From an uncultured virus (IMG/VR IMGVR_UViG_3300032038_008756) (lineage: Duplodnaviria; Heunggongvirae; Uroviricota; Caudoviricetes), in IMG/VR virus record IMGVR_UViG_3300032038_008756: a stretch of 64,000 nt of DNA, one strand, 5' to 3'. The notes beneath the pieces are model-generated. The model did no database searches, was not told where the DNA came from, and saw nothing but the letters and a program-made list of their open reading frames with translations. Below, piece after piece: positions 48,904-59,157 of this stretch. Made by a program: the position numbers and the translations under genes. Positions within the stretch are counted from its first letter, which is position 1. Each line of letters opens with the position of its first letter.

Positions 48904-50925
48904 ATGAATATAACAAAAATTAACGTCCCACCTGGTATTAGGTATATATCGGATTGGAAAGAATTTAAATTACCTAACTTTCCACACATACTAGACAAAC
49001 AAATTCCTGGTTGTGGGTTCACGGAGTGGAGCCTCACTAATAATGAAGACACTGTATTATGTTCTCCTAGAAAAATACTTCTTCAAAATAAGAATGATCA
49101 ACACCTAGGAGACGTATATTATTTGGTTAATGACTATGAACAGATTATAGATAGTGGGAAGGATTTGACTAAAATTAATAAGAAGATAAAGAAGGAAGAG
49201 ATAGATGACGATGAGATTAAAAAACTTAAAGCAGAATTTTATTTAAGACAAGAATACTCGCTTTCTTCTTATATTTCTTTTAGAAAATCAACAAATCAAC
49301 CTTGTAAAATCTTAGTAACCTATGATAGTTTTCACATTATCAAAAGTATATTAGGTAATAAAGGTATATTACAAGATTTTAGAATCATAGTTGATGAGTT
49401 TCAATCAATATTTGTTGATTCACGCTTCAAGTCTAGTACTGAACTAGATTTTGTTAATCAATTACAGGACTTACAGAGGGTATGTTTCGTCTCAGCAACA
49501 CCAATGATGGAAGAGTATTTAGTGCAGATTGAAAATTTTAAAAATTTGCCTTATTATAGTCTTGATTGGAATAAACTACAGGAAGGTAGAGTTATAAAAC
49601 CAGATTTAATTGTAAGAAGTAGTAAGTCTGTTTTTACTACAGCTAAAAGTATTATTGAGTCTTATAAGTCCGGTCAATATGAAAAAGCTTATCGTATTGG
49701 TTCTAATGGTAAAGCGGAATGTGTAGAAAGTAAAGAAGCAGTGTTTTATGTCAATTCCGTTAATAATATTCTCTCTATTATAAAGAGAAATTCTCTTAGT
49801 CCAGATGAATGTAATATTCTTTGTGCTAATACATCAGAGAATATAACAAAGATAAAGAAGAAATTAGGTAAAAACTTTTTTATTGGTAAAGTACCTCTTA
49901 AAGGAGAACAACACAAGACATTTACTTTTTGCACTAGAACTGTATACCTTGGAGCTGATTTTTACTCCACCAACGCAAGAAGTTTTATTATTAGTGATGC
50001 AAACATAGATACTCTTGCTGTTGATATTTCCCTAGACTTGCCACAGATTTTAGGTAGACAGAGATTAATAGAAAACCCGTGGAAGAATAAAGCCAATTTC
50101 TATTATAAGCCGACAGCTCAAGCAAAACTTACTTCAAAAGATAAGTTTGATGCTATAATAAAAAAGAAAGAAAATAGAACCCAGGACTTACTGAATGCTT
50201 ATCAAGATACTAGAGCGAGCTCTAAAGATTCATTAGTTGATACATATGATACCGTAGCTAAACTTTTAAACTATAGAGATGATTATGTAGCTGTAAATAA
50301 AAGATATGACTCAGTCTTACAGACTTGGATACAAACTCCAGTAAGGAATAATTTAGTTATTATTGCGGAGAGAAGAGCTTTTGACATACAACAGATAGAT
50401 TACAAAGACCGTTTTAGTGTCTTTAATACGATAGAACAGAATTCTATTTTGTCTGGAGTTGATATTATTGCAAAACAATTCCTAGAAAAGTATGAAAGGC
50501 AAAATAATCTATATGAAAAATTAAAATTTTTATGTACTTGTGGTATTTCAGATAATATCATCAAAACATTTATTCTCCCAAATATAACAGAGAAACATTT
50601 TAGTGAATATTATCTTATTATAGGGCCAGATAGGATACGTTCTCTTGGGTACAACATTAATAGATTAAATAAAGAGTTAAACATAGTCACATTCAATCAG
50701 TTAACTCTTAGTGATGAGATAGTTAAATTATTTTCAGTTGGTGATAAGTTGCCAAAAAATAAAATAAAAGAAATTTTATTAAATCTTTATACGCTACTGA
50801 AATATGATAAAATTCCAAAAGCAACAGATCTAGAACAGTGGTTTGAATTAAGGGCGATAAAAGTAAAGGATAGTTCTGGCAAATGGGTTCATGGTTTTGA
50901 GATAATAAAAAAGAAAGGAGATTAA
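48904..50925 (+). CDS. SF2 helicase-like protein (paralog B)
   Basis: PGCGFT, DEFQS, SATP, TVYLGADF, QILGRQR; same GFEIIKKKGD terminus as paralog A. Confidence 0.8.
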   Translation: MNITKINVPPGIRYISDWKEFKLPNFPHILDKQIPGCGFTEWSLTNNEDTVLCSPRKILLQNKNDQHLGDVYYLVNDYEQIIDSGKDLTKINKKIKKEEIDDDEIKKLKAEFYLRQEYSLSSYISFRKSTNQPCKILVTYDSFHIIKSILGNKGILQDFRIIVDEFQSIFVDSRFKSSTELDFVNQLQDLQRVCFVSATPMMEEYLVQIENFKNLPYYSLDWNKLQEGRVIKPDLIVRSSKSVFTTAKSIIESYKSGQYEKAYRIGSNGKAECVESKEAVFYVNSVNNILSIIKRNSLSPDECNILCANTSENITKIKKKLGKNFFIGKVPLKGEQHKTFTFCTRTVYLGADFYSTNARSFIISDANIDTLAVDISLDLPQILGRQRLIENPWKNKANFYYKPTAQAKLTSKDKFDAIIKKKENRTQDLLNAYQDTRASSKDSLVDTYDTVAKLLNYRDDYVAVNKRYDSVLQTWIQTPVRNNLVIIAERRAFDIQQIDYKDRFSVFNTIEQNSILSGVDIIAKQFLEKYERQNNLYEKLKFLCTCGISDNIIKTFILPNITEKHFSEYYLIIGPDRIRSLGYNINRLNKELNIVTFNQLTLSDEIVKLFSVGDKLPKNKIKEILLNLYTLLKYDKIPKATDLEQWFELRAIKVKDSSGKWVHGFEIIKKKGD

Positions 50926-50957
50926 TTTCTCCCTTCTTTCTTTTCCTTATTTATGAT

Positions 50958-52241
50958 ATGAATAATTTAACAAAAATAGAAAAGAAGTATAGAGAATTTA
51001 ATAAAGAAATACATATAGTTCTTGGTTGGGCTTTTGGTGATGAAGGCAAGGGCGTTGTTACTCAGTGGTTAGTAGAGCGAGCTATAAAAGAAGGAAAAAA
51101 GCCTTGTGTAGTAAGATTCTCTGGTGGTCCTCAAGCTGCACATACAATTCGTCATGGTGGTTTTGAGCATATCTGTTCATCTTTTGGATCAGGCGTTCTT
51201 TTAGGAGTTCCAACATTTATTCAAGGGAGTAATTGTTTTATTGATCCAGCCTCTATGAAGTTGGAGCATGATACTTTATTATCAAAGGGATTAAAGGTTG
51301 ATTATCCATGGATTGGACACGGCGTTAAGATTATAACTCCTATGGATATTTTATCAGGGAGAAATAATCCTAAAGTTAGGTCTGATGGTACTTGTGGAAA
51401 AGGATTATATTCAACTTGGAAGAGATATCAAGACTCTCATGATCTATTTGAATCGCGCGGTCTTTATTCGTTTACTCCTGACTCATGGAAGAGAGTAGAA
51501 AAATACTACAATGAAGAGTGGGAGGATGAAGATGTTAAAGAGTTATGGTTCAAATCTTTGGAGGAAGTTAGGGGAGTTCAAGATACTGTTTTAAGTCTTA
51601 CAAGAGGCCCGGGTAATCATGGATGTATATCAAGTCTTATTTTTCTCGATGAGTTTGATGTAATTATTCTTGAAGGTTCGCAAGGTCTTCTTTTAGACAT
51701 GGAATATGGGTTTTATCCAAATGTCACCCCAAGTAAGACTGGTTTAAATGGTGTTGCTAGTGATATTTTTGGAAATCCCTACTTACTTAAAGGGTCTAAA
51801 GTATGGTTAGTATCAAGAACTTACCTCACAAGGCATGGAAATGGATATGAGCCTTTCCTAAGTTCTCATTTAGATTTAAAGGGAAAGTATGAAACAAATG
51901 TACAGAATGAATTTCAGGGAGATTTTAAGACAGGTCTCTTAGAAAAAGATCTTTTAGAGCGTGCGTTTGATAGACATAGATTAGATTATTATAGCAATGT
52001 ATATAATATAACTTTTAATGTGGTTTTAACTCACATGGATATAATAAAGGATAAATTTTATTATATTCAGCGGAGGATTGGAAATAATGCAGAGGTTAGG
52101 GTCTCATCGCGAGATAATGTAGTACAGTCAATCTTAGGAGACACTATATTTGCTTCATTCATTAATGAGATATATACAAATAGTAGTCCTGAATCAAATT
52201 TACAGAAATATGAAGATAGCAGCTTTCTTAGGAAGTTTTGA
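50958..52241 (+). CDS. purA: adenylosuccinate synthetase-like protein
   Basis: FGDEGKG, GGPQAAHT, EGSQGLLLD, YPNVTPS, TYLTRHGNG. Confidence 0.82.
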   Translation: MNNLTKIEKKYREFNKEIHIVLGWAFGDEGKGVVTQWLVERAIKEGKKPCVVRFSGGPQAAHTIRHGGFEHICSSFGSGVLLGVPTFIQGSNCFIDPASMKLEHDTLLSKGLKVDYPWIGHGVKIITPMDILSGRNNPKVRSDGTCGKGLYSTWKRYQDSHDLFESRGLYSFTPDSWKRVEKYYNEEWEDEDVKELWFKSLEEVRGVQDTVLSLTRGPGNHGCISSLIFLDEFDVIILEGSQGLLLDMEYGFYPNVTPSKTGLNGVASDIFGNPYLLKGSKVWLVSRTYLTRHGNGYEPFLSSHLDLKGKYETNVQNEFQGDFKTGLLEKDLLERAFDRHRLDYYSNVYNITFNVVLTHMDIIKDKFYYIQRRIGNNAEVRVSSRDNVVQSILGDTIFASFINEIYTNSSPESNLQKYEDSSFLRKF

Positions 52242-52749
52242 TCCTCCGCACCTAGCTCACTATCTAATAGCGGAGAAGGCATTAGAGGATGGAATGGATA
52301 GAGTGTATTTTATACCTGCAAAACAAAATCCATGGAAAAAGAGTCAACCTGCTTCTTTTGATCATAGAGTTAAGATGTTGGAGTTTTATACTCTAGGTGA
52401 GCCAAGATTCTTAGTATCAAGAATCGAAGAAGAAGTTGAATCTTTTTATAGTTATGATGTTCTAAGAGCTTTTAAGGAAAAGTTTCAGGAGGAGAATGAA
52501 TTTTATCTTCTGTGTGGAACAGATGTAGCTAGGGGTATTGGTTCTTGGTATCGTGGTGAGGATATTCTAAAAGAATGGAAAATCTTAGAATCTTTTAGAC
52601 CTACTAAAAAAGATGAAGAGACTGATACAGGAATTTGTTTATCTAGCACAGAAATTAGGGAAAGTATTAAAAATGATATTTGTCCCCTTCCGTGGATTTT
52701 ACCAGAGCAATACGATTATATTATAGAAAAAGTATTATATAGAGATTAA
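52210..52749 (+). CDS. nadD: nicotinate/nicotinamide nucleotide adenylyltransferase
   Basis: GSFDPPHLAH, QNPWK, GTD, LSSTEIR. Confidence 0.9.
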   Translation: MKIAAFLGSFDPPHLAHYLIAEKALEDGMDRVYFIPAKQNPWKKSQPASFDHRVKMLEFYTLGEPRFLVSRIEEEVESFYSYDVLRAFKEKFQEENEFYLLCGTDVARGIGSWYRGEDILKEWKILESFRPTKKDEETDTGICLSSTEIRESIKNDICPLPWILPEQYDYIIEKVLYRD

Positions 52750-52782
52750 TTTCCTTATAATTGAAAATAAACAATATTAAAT

Positions 52783-53505
52783 ATGGAAAAATTATTAGAA
52801 AATGTGATGAATGAGTTGATATCCAAGGGTATTGGAACAGATGTAAAACCTAGTTCTGATGGAGCTATGATATCATTTAAGTCTGCAGGATATAATGTTA
52901 TTTTAAGTAGGGCAAAGAAAGAAACTTTATTTTATTATGACTCTACTAAAAAGACAGATGATGAAAGACGAGAATATTTTATGATTCTTCAATTTCTTGT
53001 TCCTGCTGATAAGAAACCTAAGGTAGTATTTTACCTACACGACAATAGTAATGTAGATGAAATTGTAGATTGGGTAAAAGAAAAATCAAGTAATCCTGTG
53101 TTTGATAAAGAACTTGAAGAGATGTGCACTAAGATTTTAGATGCAGTTAAATCTTTAAAATTAGATTTCTTAGAGAAAGGCAGAAATACTGCAATCTCCG
53201 GAGAATTTGAAGAATATAAAGCAGAGCGTCTAAGAAGTGTGCTATTATGTTATAATGAAATCGCAGGAGAAGATTATTTGTGTTATGAGGTTCGCCGCAA
53301 CCTAGCATTACCTGGAAATCCTATAGTTCTTAATATGAGGTGTATTGATAGTACAAACAATAGAGTAGAGGATGATGTTTTTCAAATCGAAGATGTTGCT
53401 CAACTTACAAAACGCCAGATTATTATGAAATGTATGGATCTGAGTGAGAAGGTAAAGAAAGGGTCTAAGGATGAAACTGAATTGCAGCGAAGGCTCAATA
53501 TCTAA
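52783..53505 (+). CDS. hypothetical protein
   Basis: 240 aa ORF after the promoter-like motif. Confidence 0.7.
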   Translation: MEKLLENVMNELISKGIGTDVKPSSDGAMISFKSAGYNVILSRAKKETLFYYDSTKKTDDERREYFMILQFLVPADKKPKVVFYLHDNSNVDEIVDWVKEKSSNPVFDKELEEMCTKILDAVKSLKLDFLEKGRNTAISGEFEEYKAERLRSVLLCYNEIAGEDYLCYEVRRNLALPGNPIVLNMRCIDSTNNRVEDDVFQIEDVAQLTKRQIIMKCMDLSEKVKKGSKDETELQRRLNI

Positions 53506-53829
53506 TGAGCAGAAAATAGAGTTTTTGAAACAAGTAAAAAAGAAGTACTCAGTTTCAAGAGCTCTTTTATTCCCACAGATCATAATAAAGATGATAAGTC
53601 TTTTACTTAGAAAGAAATTCGTCTCTTTAGAAAATCTTATTTAAATGATAATCAAACTGGAGAAAAGAAAGAACTTCTATCTAGGCAGGAGGTCGATAAA
53701 AGTGAAGATATTGTAACAATAACTAGAATGGGATTGGTAACAGCAGCAATGGATTTATTAGAAATTGCCAAGAATACATCAATGCCAAATGAACTTGAAC
53801 ATTTATATAAAATTATTGATATTGTATGA
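53506..53829 (+). pseudogene. possible disrupted gene upstream of gltX
   Basis: near-continuous frame with one TAG (53608-53610), no in-frame start at its 5' end, stop overlapping the gltX ATG. Confidence 0.35.
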
Positions 53830-55325
53830 AAAAAGTAAGAGTTAGATTTGCACCAAGTCCTACAGGCCCTCTTCATATAGGAGGAGTTAGGACAGCATTG
53901 TATAATTATCTTTTAGCAAAACAAAATGGTGGAGATTTTATTCTAAGAATTGAGGATACTGATTCTACGCGTTTTGTTCCTGGAGCTGAAGAATATATAG
54001 TTGATTCTCTTAGGTGGTTAGGGATTATGCCTACGGAGGGTATAGGTTCAAATGACCTAAAAAGTCATGGTCCTTATCGCCAAAGTGAAAGACGTAGTAT
54101 CTACTATGAATATATAGATAAGCTAGTAAAAATGGGCAAAGCTTATATTGCCTTTGATACTCCAGAGGAATTAGAGAGGACTAGAGCTAAAATTCATAAT
54201 TTCCAGTATAATTCTAAAACTAGACTGGGTATGAAAAATAGCTTAAGTATGACAGAAGAGGAGGTTAAGGCTGAGATAGATTCAGGAAAACAGTATACCA
54301 TTAGGTTTAAAGTAGAACCAGGTCAGACTATTGAATTTGAGGATTTAATTCGAGGTTCTATTACAGTAAATTCAGATAACATAGATGATAAAATTCTATG
54401 GAAAAGTTCAGATGAATTACCAACTTATCATTTTGCTAATGTAGTAGATGATCACCTAATGGAGATTAGTCATGTTATTCGTGGAGAAGAGTGGATTCCG
54501 AGTACTCCTTTACATTGTCTTTTGTATGAGGCTTTTGGTTGGGATAGACCTGAATTTGCGCATCTACCTCTTATTCTAAAGCCGGCAGGAATGGGTAAAC
54601 TGGCAAAAAGAGATGGGGATTCTCTCGGTTTTCCTGTATATCCTCTACAATGGAAAGACCCTAAAACTGGAGAAATTAGTTCTGGTTATCGAGAGATGGG
54701 CTGGTTTCCGGAAGCTGTAGTAAATTATCTTGCATTTCTAGGTTGGAATCCTGGCACAGAGCAAGAAATCTTTAGTATGGATGAATTAATAGAAGCTTTC
54801 AGTCTTAAACATGTTCAGAAATCAGGAGCAAGGTTTGATAATCAAAAGGCAATTTGGTTTAACCATGAATATATGCTAAGAAAAAGACCAGAAGACTTAC
54901 TTACAACAGTTCAAGCGTTTTTTACTGGTTGGGGAGCTGATACAGAAAAAGAAAAAACCTTAAAGATTATAGAGTTAATGAAGGATAGAGTTAATTTTAT
55001 CCACGAACTTTGGCCTTTATGTGAGTTCTTCTTCTTTGAACCATCAGATTACGATGAAAAATCAGTAAAGAAATTTTGGAAAGAGAATAGTAAAGATATT
55101 CTTCCGATAGTACCTTTTGAAAAGGGGAAGGAGTATACTTGTGGCTGGATTGAAGGTGTAAGCTGGATTGAGAATAATAAAAAATTTATGGGAGAAGTAA
55201 TGAATGCTCTCAGAGTTGCAGTTGTTGGAAAAGCAATAGGACCTGAGATGTTTGCAATCATAGACGTTCTTGGAATAGATGAGGTTAGGAAAAGAATTAA
55301 TAAAGCAATAGAGAAATTAGGATGA
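53826..55325 (+). CDS. gltX: glutamate--tRNA ligase
   Basis: RFAPSPTGPLHIGG, RIEDTD, PYRQSER, HVIRGEEW, KLAKR. Confidence 0.96.
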   Translation: MKKVRVRFAPSPTGPLHIGGVRTALYNYLLAKQNGGDFILRIEDTDSTRFVPGAEEYIVDSLRWLGIMPTEGIGSNDLKSHGPYRQSERRSIYYEYIDKLVKMGKAYIAFDTPEELERTRAKIHNFQYNSKTRLGMKNSLSMTEEEVKAEIDSGKQYTIRFKVEPGQTIEFEDLIRGSITVNSDNIDDKILWKSSDELPTYHFANVVDDHLMEISHVIRGEEWIPSTPLHCLLYEAFGWDRPEFAHLPLILKPAGMGKLAKRDGDSLGFPVYPLQWKDPKTGEISSGYREMGWFPEAVVNYLAFLGWNPGTEQEIFSMDELIEAFSLKHVQKSGARFDNQKAIWFNHEYMLRKRPEDLLTTVQAFFTGWGADTEKEKTLKIIELMKDRVNFIHELWPLCEFFFFEPSDYDEKSVKKFWKENSKDILPIVPFEKGKEYTCGWIEGVSWIENNKKFMGEVMNALRVAVVGKAIGPEMFAIIDVLGIDEVRKRINKAIEKLG

Positions 55326-56263
55326 AAATAATATTTTTTGGAAATACGGAGTATAGTATTGCAATTTTAGAAGAAATTCTTAAATCAAGGCATGAAGTTG
55401 TAGGTGTTGTTAGTACTCCTAATAAAGAGGTTAAGGTTAGAAGAAAAACAACTACCATCATTCAACCTATGACAACTTATGCAAAGGAGCATAATATTCC
55501 TTTGTACCAGCCAGAGAATTTAAAAGAGACAGATTGGACTGAAGGACTGGAGTTTGATTTATTTGTTGTGGTAGCTTTTAAAATTCTCCCTAAAGAGTTA
55601 TATTCTTTACCTAAGAAGGGCTGTGTTAATATTCACCCAAGCATTTTACCAGAGTATAGAGGATCAACACCAATAGAACATGCCATCATGAATGGAGATA
55701 CTAAAAGTGGTGTAACTTCTTTCTATATAACAGATGGTATAGATAATGGAGATATAATTGAATGTATTGAAACAACATTAGAACCAGATATTTATATTGA
55801 TCAAGCTTATTCTAAAATGATGTCAGTAGGTAAAGAATGCATCAATTTAACGCTAAAAGCTATAGAATCTGGTAAACAAGGTAAAAAACAGTCTCAAGGT
55901 CAATATAGGAGGGCTCCAAAAATAAAAGGAAAAATATGGCTTAATCCTAATGATACTGTAGATGATGCTTACAATAAAGTTAGGGCACTTAGTCCATACT
56001 ATGGCGGCCTTAATGTACATACTACAGGAGACTTAGACTTTAGTATCCTTCGAGCTGAATGTCAAGAAGTAATCGTATTTACTAAACCTGGAGAAATTTT
56101 AATGTATGATCAAGATAAATTTTGTATTACAGTACAAGATAGAAAAAAGGTTCTTGTAATAAATGAACTTAAACCTATTGGCAAGCGAGCGATGTCTTCA
56201 AAAGAGTTTGTAAATGGACATAGAAATATTACCTCCCTTAGAGTCATTAGTAGAGAAGTTTAA
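55322..56263 (+). CDS. fmt: methionyl-tRNA formyltransferase
   Basis: IFFGN, VVAFKILP, NIHPSILPEYRG, DNGDII, APKI, VRALSPY. Confidence 0.9.
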   Translation: MKIIFFGNTEYSIAILEEILKSRHEVVGVVSTPNKEVKVRRKTTTIIQPMTTYAKEHNIPLYQPENLKETDWTEGLEFDLFVVVAFKILPKELYSLPKKGCVNIHPSILPEYRGSTPIEHAIMNGDTKSGVTSFYITDGIDNGDIIECIETTLEPDIYIDQAYSKMMSVGKECINLTLKAIESGKQGKKQSQGQYRRAPKIKGKIWLNPNDTVDDAYNKVRALSPYYGGLNVHTTGDLDFSILRAECQEVIVFTKPGEILMYDQDKFCITVQDRKKVLVINELKPIGKRAMSSKEFVNGHRNITSLRVISREV

Positions 56264-56435
56264 AGTCTTGTGGTGTTAATACGTGGGCGGAAAATCCAAT
56301 AGACGTCGCTATTGATAAAAATATGCGTGATTTTATGGATAAATGGTACAGAATTAATGGAAGATTCATAGAGTATTGTTTTATATGAAGTTTTAGAGGA
56401 GATTAAAAATAAGTCTCCTCTTCCTTATTTTTGAT

Positions 56436-57044
56436 ATGAAATATGACGTAGTTTTAACAACAGAAATGTTATATGTCAAATTTAATGTTATCTTAAATTC
56501 TCATCAATTTAATTCAAACTTAGTAGGAAAAACTGCCTCTCCTACAGATCAACCGGAACTATTTTATATGAGTCATGATAATTATATAAACTTACATGAT
56601 TCATATGTTCTCAGTGATGAATTAGAAGATGAACTTATCAAGATAACGGATTATTCAGAAGAAATAATCGAAATTCCATTTTTTATTGGAGTAAAGATTG
56701 GGACTTTTTGGTTAGAGCAATGCTGCAAAAAGAAAGATCCTGAATATATAAAAGAAAGATTAAATTATTGCTTAACACATAAAAACGTTATGACTGATAT
56801 AAGTAATACTATATACTTAGACTACTATAGTATTAGTAAGAAAACTCCAATACAGGGACTATGGGAAGGTGTTATAGATAATTTTGATGATCTTTTAAAG
56901 GCAATGATTAGAAATAAGCGGGAAATTTTTTGTTTCTCTAACAAACACCTGCTTTTATATATTATAAAAAACAGTAAACGATATTATAGAAGAATGAATT
57001 CAACTAGATTTATTGAATATGGAAATATACGAGATAACGAATAG
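56436..57044 (+). CDS. hypothetical protein, FIEY-motif family
   Basis: near-terminal RFIEY. Confidence 0.7.
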   Translation: MKYDVVLTTEMLYVKFNVILNSHQFNSNLVGKTASPTDQPELFYMSHDNYINLHDSYVLSDELEDELIKITDYSEEIIEIPFFIGVKIGTFWLEQCCKKKDPEYIKERLNYCLTHKNVMTDISNTIYLDYYSISKKTPIQGLWEGVIDNFDDLLKAMIRNKREIFCFSNKHLLLYIIKNSKRYYRRMNSTRFIEYGNIRDNE

Positions 57045-57570
57045 CTGCGAACAACTTTCTCCAAAGTATATTATATATGTTCCAACTACTGTATGGATGA
57101 CAAAACATTTTTATGATTTTGGAACTAAGGGGACTTTAAGGGGTAATGGAAAAGTACCATTTGAAGAATTCATTAAGACAGGGTGTAAAGAGGTAGTTAA
57201 AGTTTATCCAGTTACAGATAATAGACTATTTAATGCTGTATACCCTACATCAACTGAAGGATCTGTAGTTGATATAAATCTAGTTTTCTTATGGAATCCT
57301 GGAATTAGTATTTCAGCATTTGACAAAGAGTTTGTAAGTCAACTTGCTATAAAACCAGAAAATTTGCAAGATTGTATCTCTGGTAATATAGTAAATATCA
57401 ATAATCTTCATCTTTCTGAGGTGAAAATTGATTTAGTATATAGTGATCTTTCAAATAATTTTATAGATTGGAATCAAGATGATAATACTAAACATAAGCT
57501 TTGGTCTCTTTTTAAATTAATGAGTGTTGGTTCAAGTAAAAGAAAATATATTGAATTTCTCTACATATGA
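57019..57570 (+). CDS. hypothetical protein, FIEY-motif family
   Basis: near-terminal KYIEF. Confidence 0.7.
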   Translation: MEIYEITNSCEQLSPKYIIYVPTTVWMTKHFYDFGTKGTLRGNGKVPFEEFIKTGCKEVVKVYPVTDNRLFNAVYPTSTEGSVVDINLVFLWNPGISISAFDKEFVSQLAIKPENLQDCISGNIVNINNLHLSEVKIDLVYSDLSNNFIDWNQDDNTKHKLWSLFKLMSVGSSKRKYIEFLYI

Positions 57571-58151
57571 AAATACGAGTAATAAATTATAATCTTAGTT
57601 TTCGTTTGTTATTTTTCCCAGTTGACTTAGTAATTAATAGAAAATTTCCATTAGAAGACCTACTTGATTTTATTAATTCGCAAACAGCTGATATAATAAA
57701 TATTAAGAGTTCTATAGAAAATCTTAAAACTCAAGAAGCACTTAAGTTTAAAAATTTATGTGATGACGAAAATATAATATCAGATCTTTGTAAGTATGAA
57801 AACAAAGAAAGTGTATTTCATCTTAGAGTTTGGTTTGAAATAAAATTCCTAAATATTTATAATGTTACTGAAACTTCAAATGAACTTAAAAGATGTATGA
57901 AGTGCGTTGGAAAGTATGCTTTCTTAGATAACTTTTTTAAAGATAAAGAATTTACTGAGGTAGATCTTTCTTTAAATTTAGATGAAATTTGGAAATACAA
58001 AGCAAGTCGAAGTCTAGATAAAATTAAACCATATGAATGTGAAATCTTTAATAAAACTATATGGAGATGGTACAGAAATAGTTCTTGGTACAATAAAAAC
58101 CTACTTTATAGATTTATAGAATATGATAGAGATAGGTGTTGGCCCAAGTGA
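57567..58151 (+). CDS. hypothetical protein, FIEY-motif family
   Basis: near-terminal RFIEYD. Confidence 0.7.
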   Translation: MKIRVINYNLSFRLLFFPVDLVINRKFPLEDLLDFINSQTADIINIKSSIENLKTQEALKFKNLCDDENIISDLCKYENKESVFHLRVWFEIKFLNIYNVTETSNELKRCMKCVGKYAFLDNFFKDKEFTEVDLSLNLDEIWKYKASRSLDKIKPYECEIFNKTIWRWYRNSSWYNKNLLYRFIEYDRDRCWPK

Positions 58152-58554
58152 TAAAATGTATCTTCGTGTCATCTTAGTTGGGGAACTCGAAGAAATTAAT
58201 TTATTCCTAAATGATAAACCAATACCTCATAAAAATACTAAAGTTGGTCCTTATAAACTAGATGGATGGGTTCATATAGGAGGTAAAATGATGTTTAGAT
58301 TATTGGAATATCAGGAAGATTATTATCATGTAGTCCAATTCGTAGATAACTTATTTTATCCAAAAGAAATAAAAGAATCCTTTAAGGCAACATATCACAT
58401 TGATTGTGATCTGGAAAAAGCGTGGAGAGGAATAACCTATGATAATGAAGATATATATGAGAGGACTATTCAAGAAAGAATTAGAATTTTAAACATACGG
58501 GAATTATCATTAAGAGATTATAATCCTAAACAACGATTTATAGAATATGATTAG
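58123..58554 (+). CDS. hypothetical protein, FIEY-motif family
   Basis: terminal RFIEYD. Confidence 0.7.
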   Translation: MIEIGVGPSDKMYLRVILVGELEEINLFLNDKPIPHKNTKVGPYKLDGWVHIGGKMMFRLLEYQEDYYHVVQFVDNLFYPKEIKESFKATYHIDCDLEKAWRGITYDNEDIYERTIQERIRILNIRELSLRDYNPKQRFIEYD

Positions 58555-59143
58555 AGTAGTATATATAAATGTAGATGGTGGAAGAAATTCAATCTGGGTA
58601 AGAATCCCACTAGTTCTAAATTTAGATGCAATTAAGAAAGAGGAGTTTTTTGGAAAAAGCGGTTCTTTTTTGATCGATAAAAGGTGGGATAGTAATAGAT
58701 CAGCTACAGAATTTCTAAAGCATAGTGGAGCAATAAAGACTTATGCATCTATAGGAGAATTGAAATTCATATCTCGACTATGTTCGGATTTAAATAATAT
58801 AAAGCCTTTTATATTTTTCCCATACTTAAAACTAGATGTTAAAGGAAGATCTTCTAATAAACCTTTTTCTAGAGATAGGATAAAAGAATTAATGAAGGCT
58901 AATAAATTATTTATGGGAACTCAACTAGCAGGTCCTGGAATGGAGACCAATGCTAGAACTATTATTACTGATGCTTTTAATGTAAGGGAATATGAAAATG
59001 TCAAAGATCTTTTTAGTAATACAAATTTACCAAAAGGTGATGCAATTTCCTTTCTAAACCTTATTAATGATAGCGAGCGGTATTTTGGTAAACTATATCA
59101 GCAAAGTTTTATAGAATATGATTGGCCGCTCGATAAACTTTAA
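58547..59143 (+). CDS. hypothetical protein, FIEY-motif family
   Basis: near-terminal SFIEYD; internal LAGP. Confidence 0.7.
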   Translation: MIRVVYINVDGGRNSIWVRIPLVLNLDAIKKEEFFGKSGSFLIDKRWDSNRSATEFLKHSGAIKTYASIGELKFISRLCSDLNNIKPFIFFPYLKLDVKGRSSNKPFSRDRIKELMKANKLFMGTQLAGPGMETNARTIITDAFNVREYENVKDLFSNTNLPKGDAISFLNLINDSERYFGKLYQQSFIEYDWPLDKL

Positions 59144-59157
59144 GAAATCATAGTAAT

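Noticed and set aside
50958..52241. PurZ (2-aminoadenine DNA pathway)
   Set aside because: The motif is GDEGKG with the PurA catalytic Asp, not the Ser of PurZ, and no datZ/mazZ-like neighbours are visible
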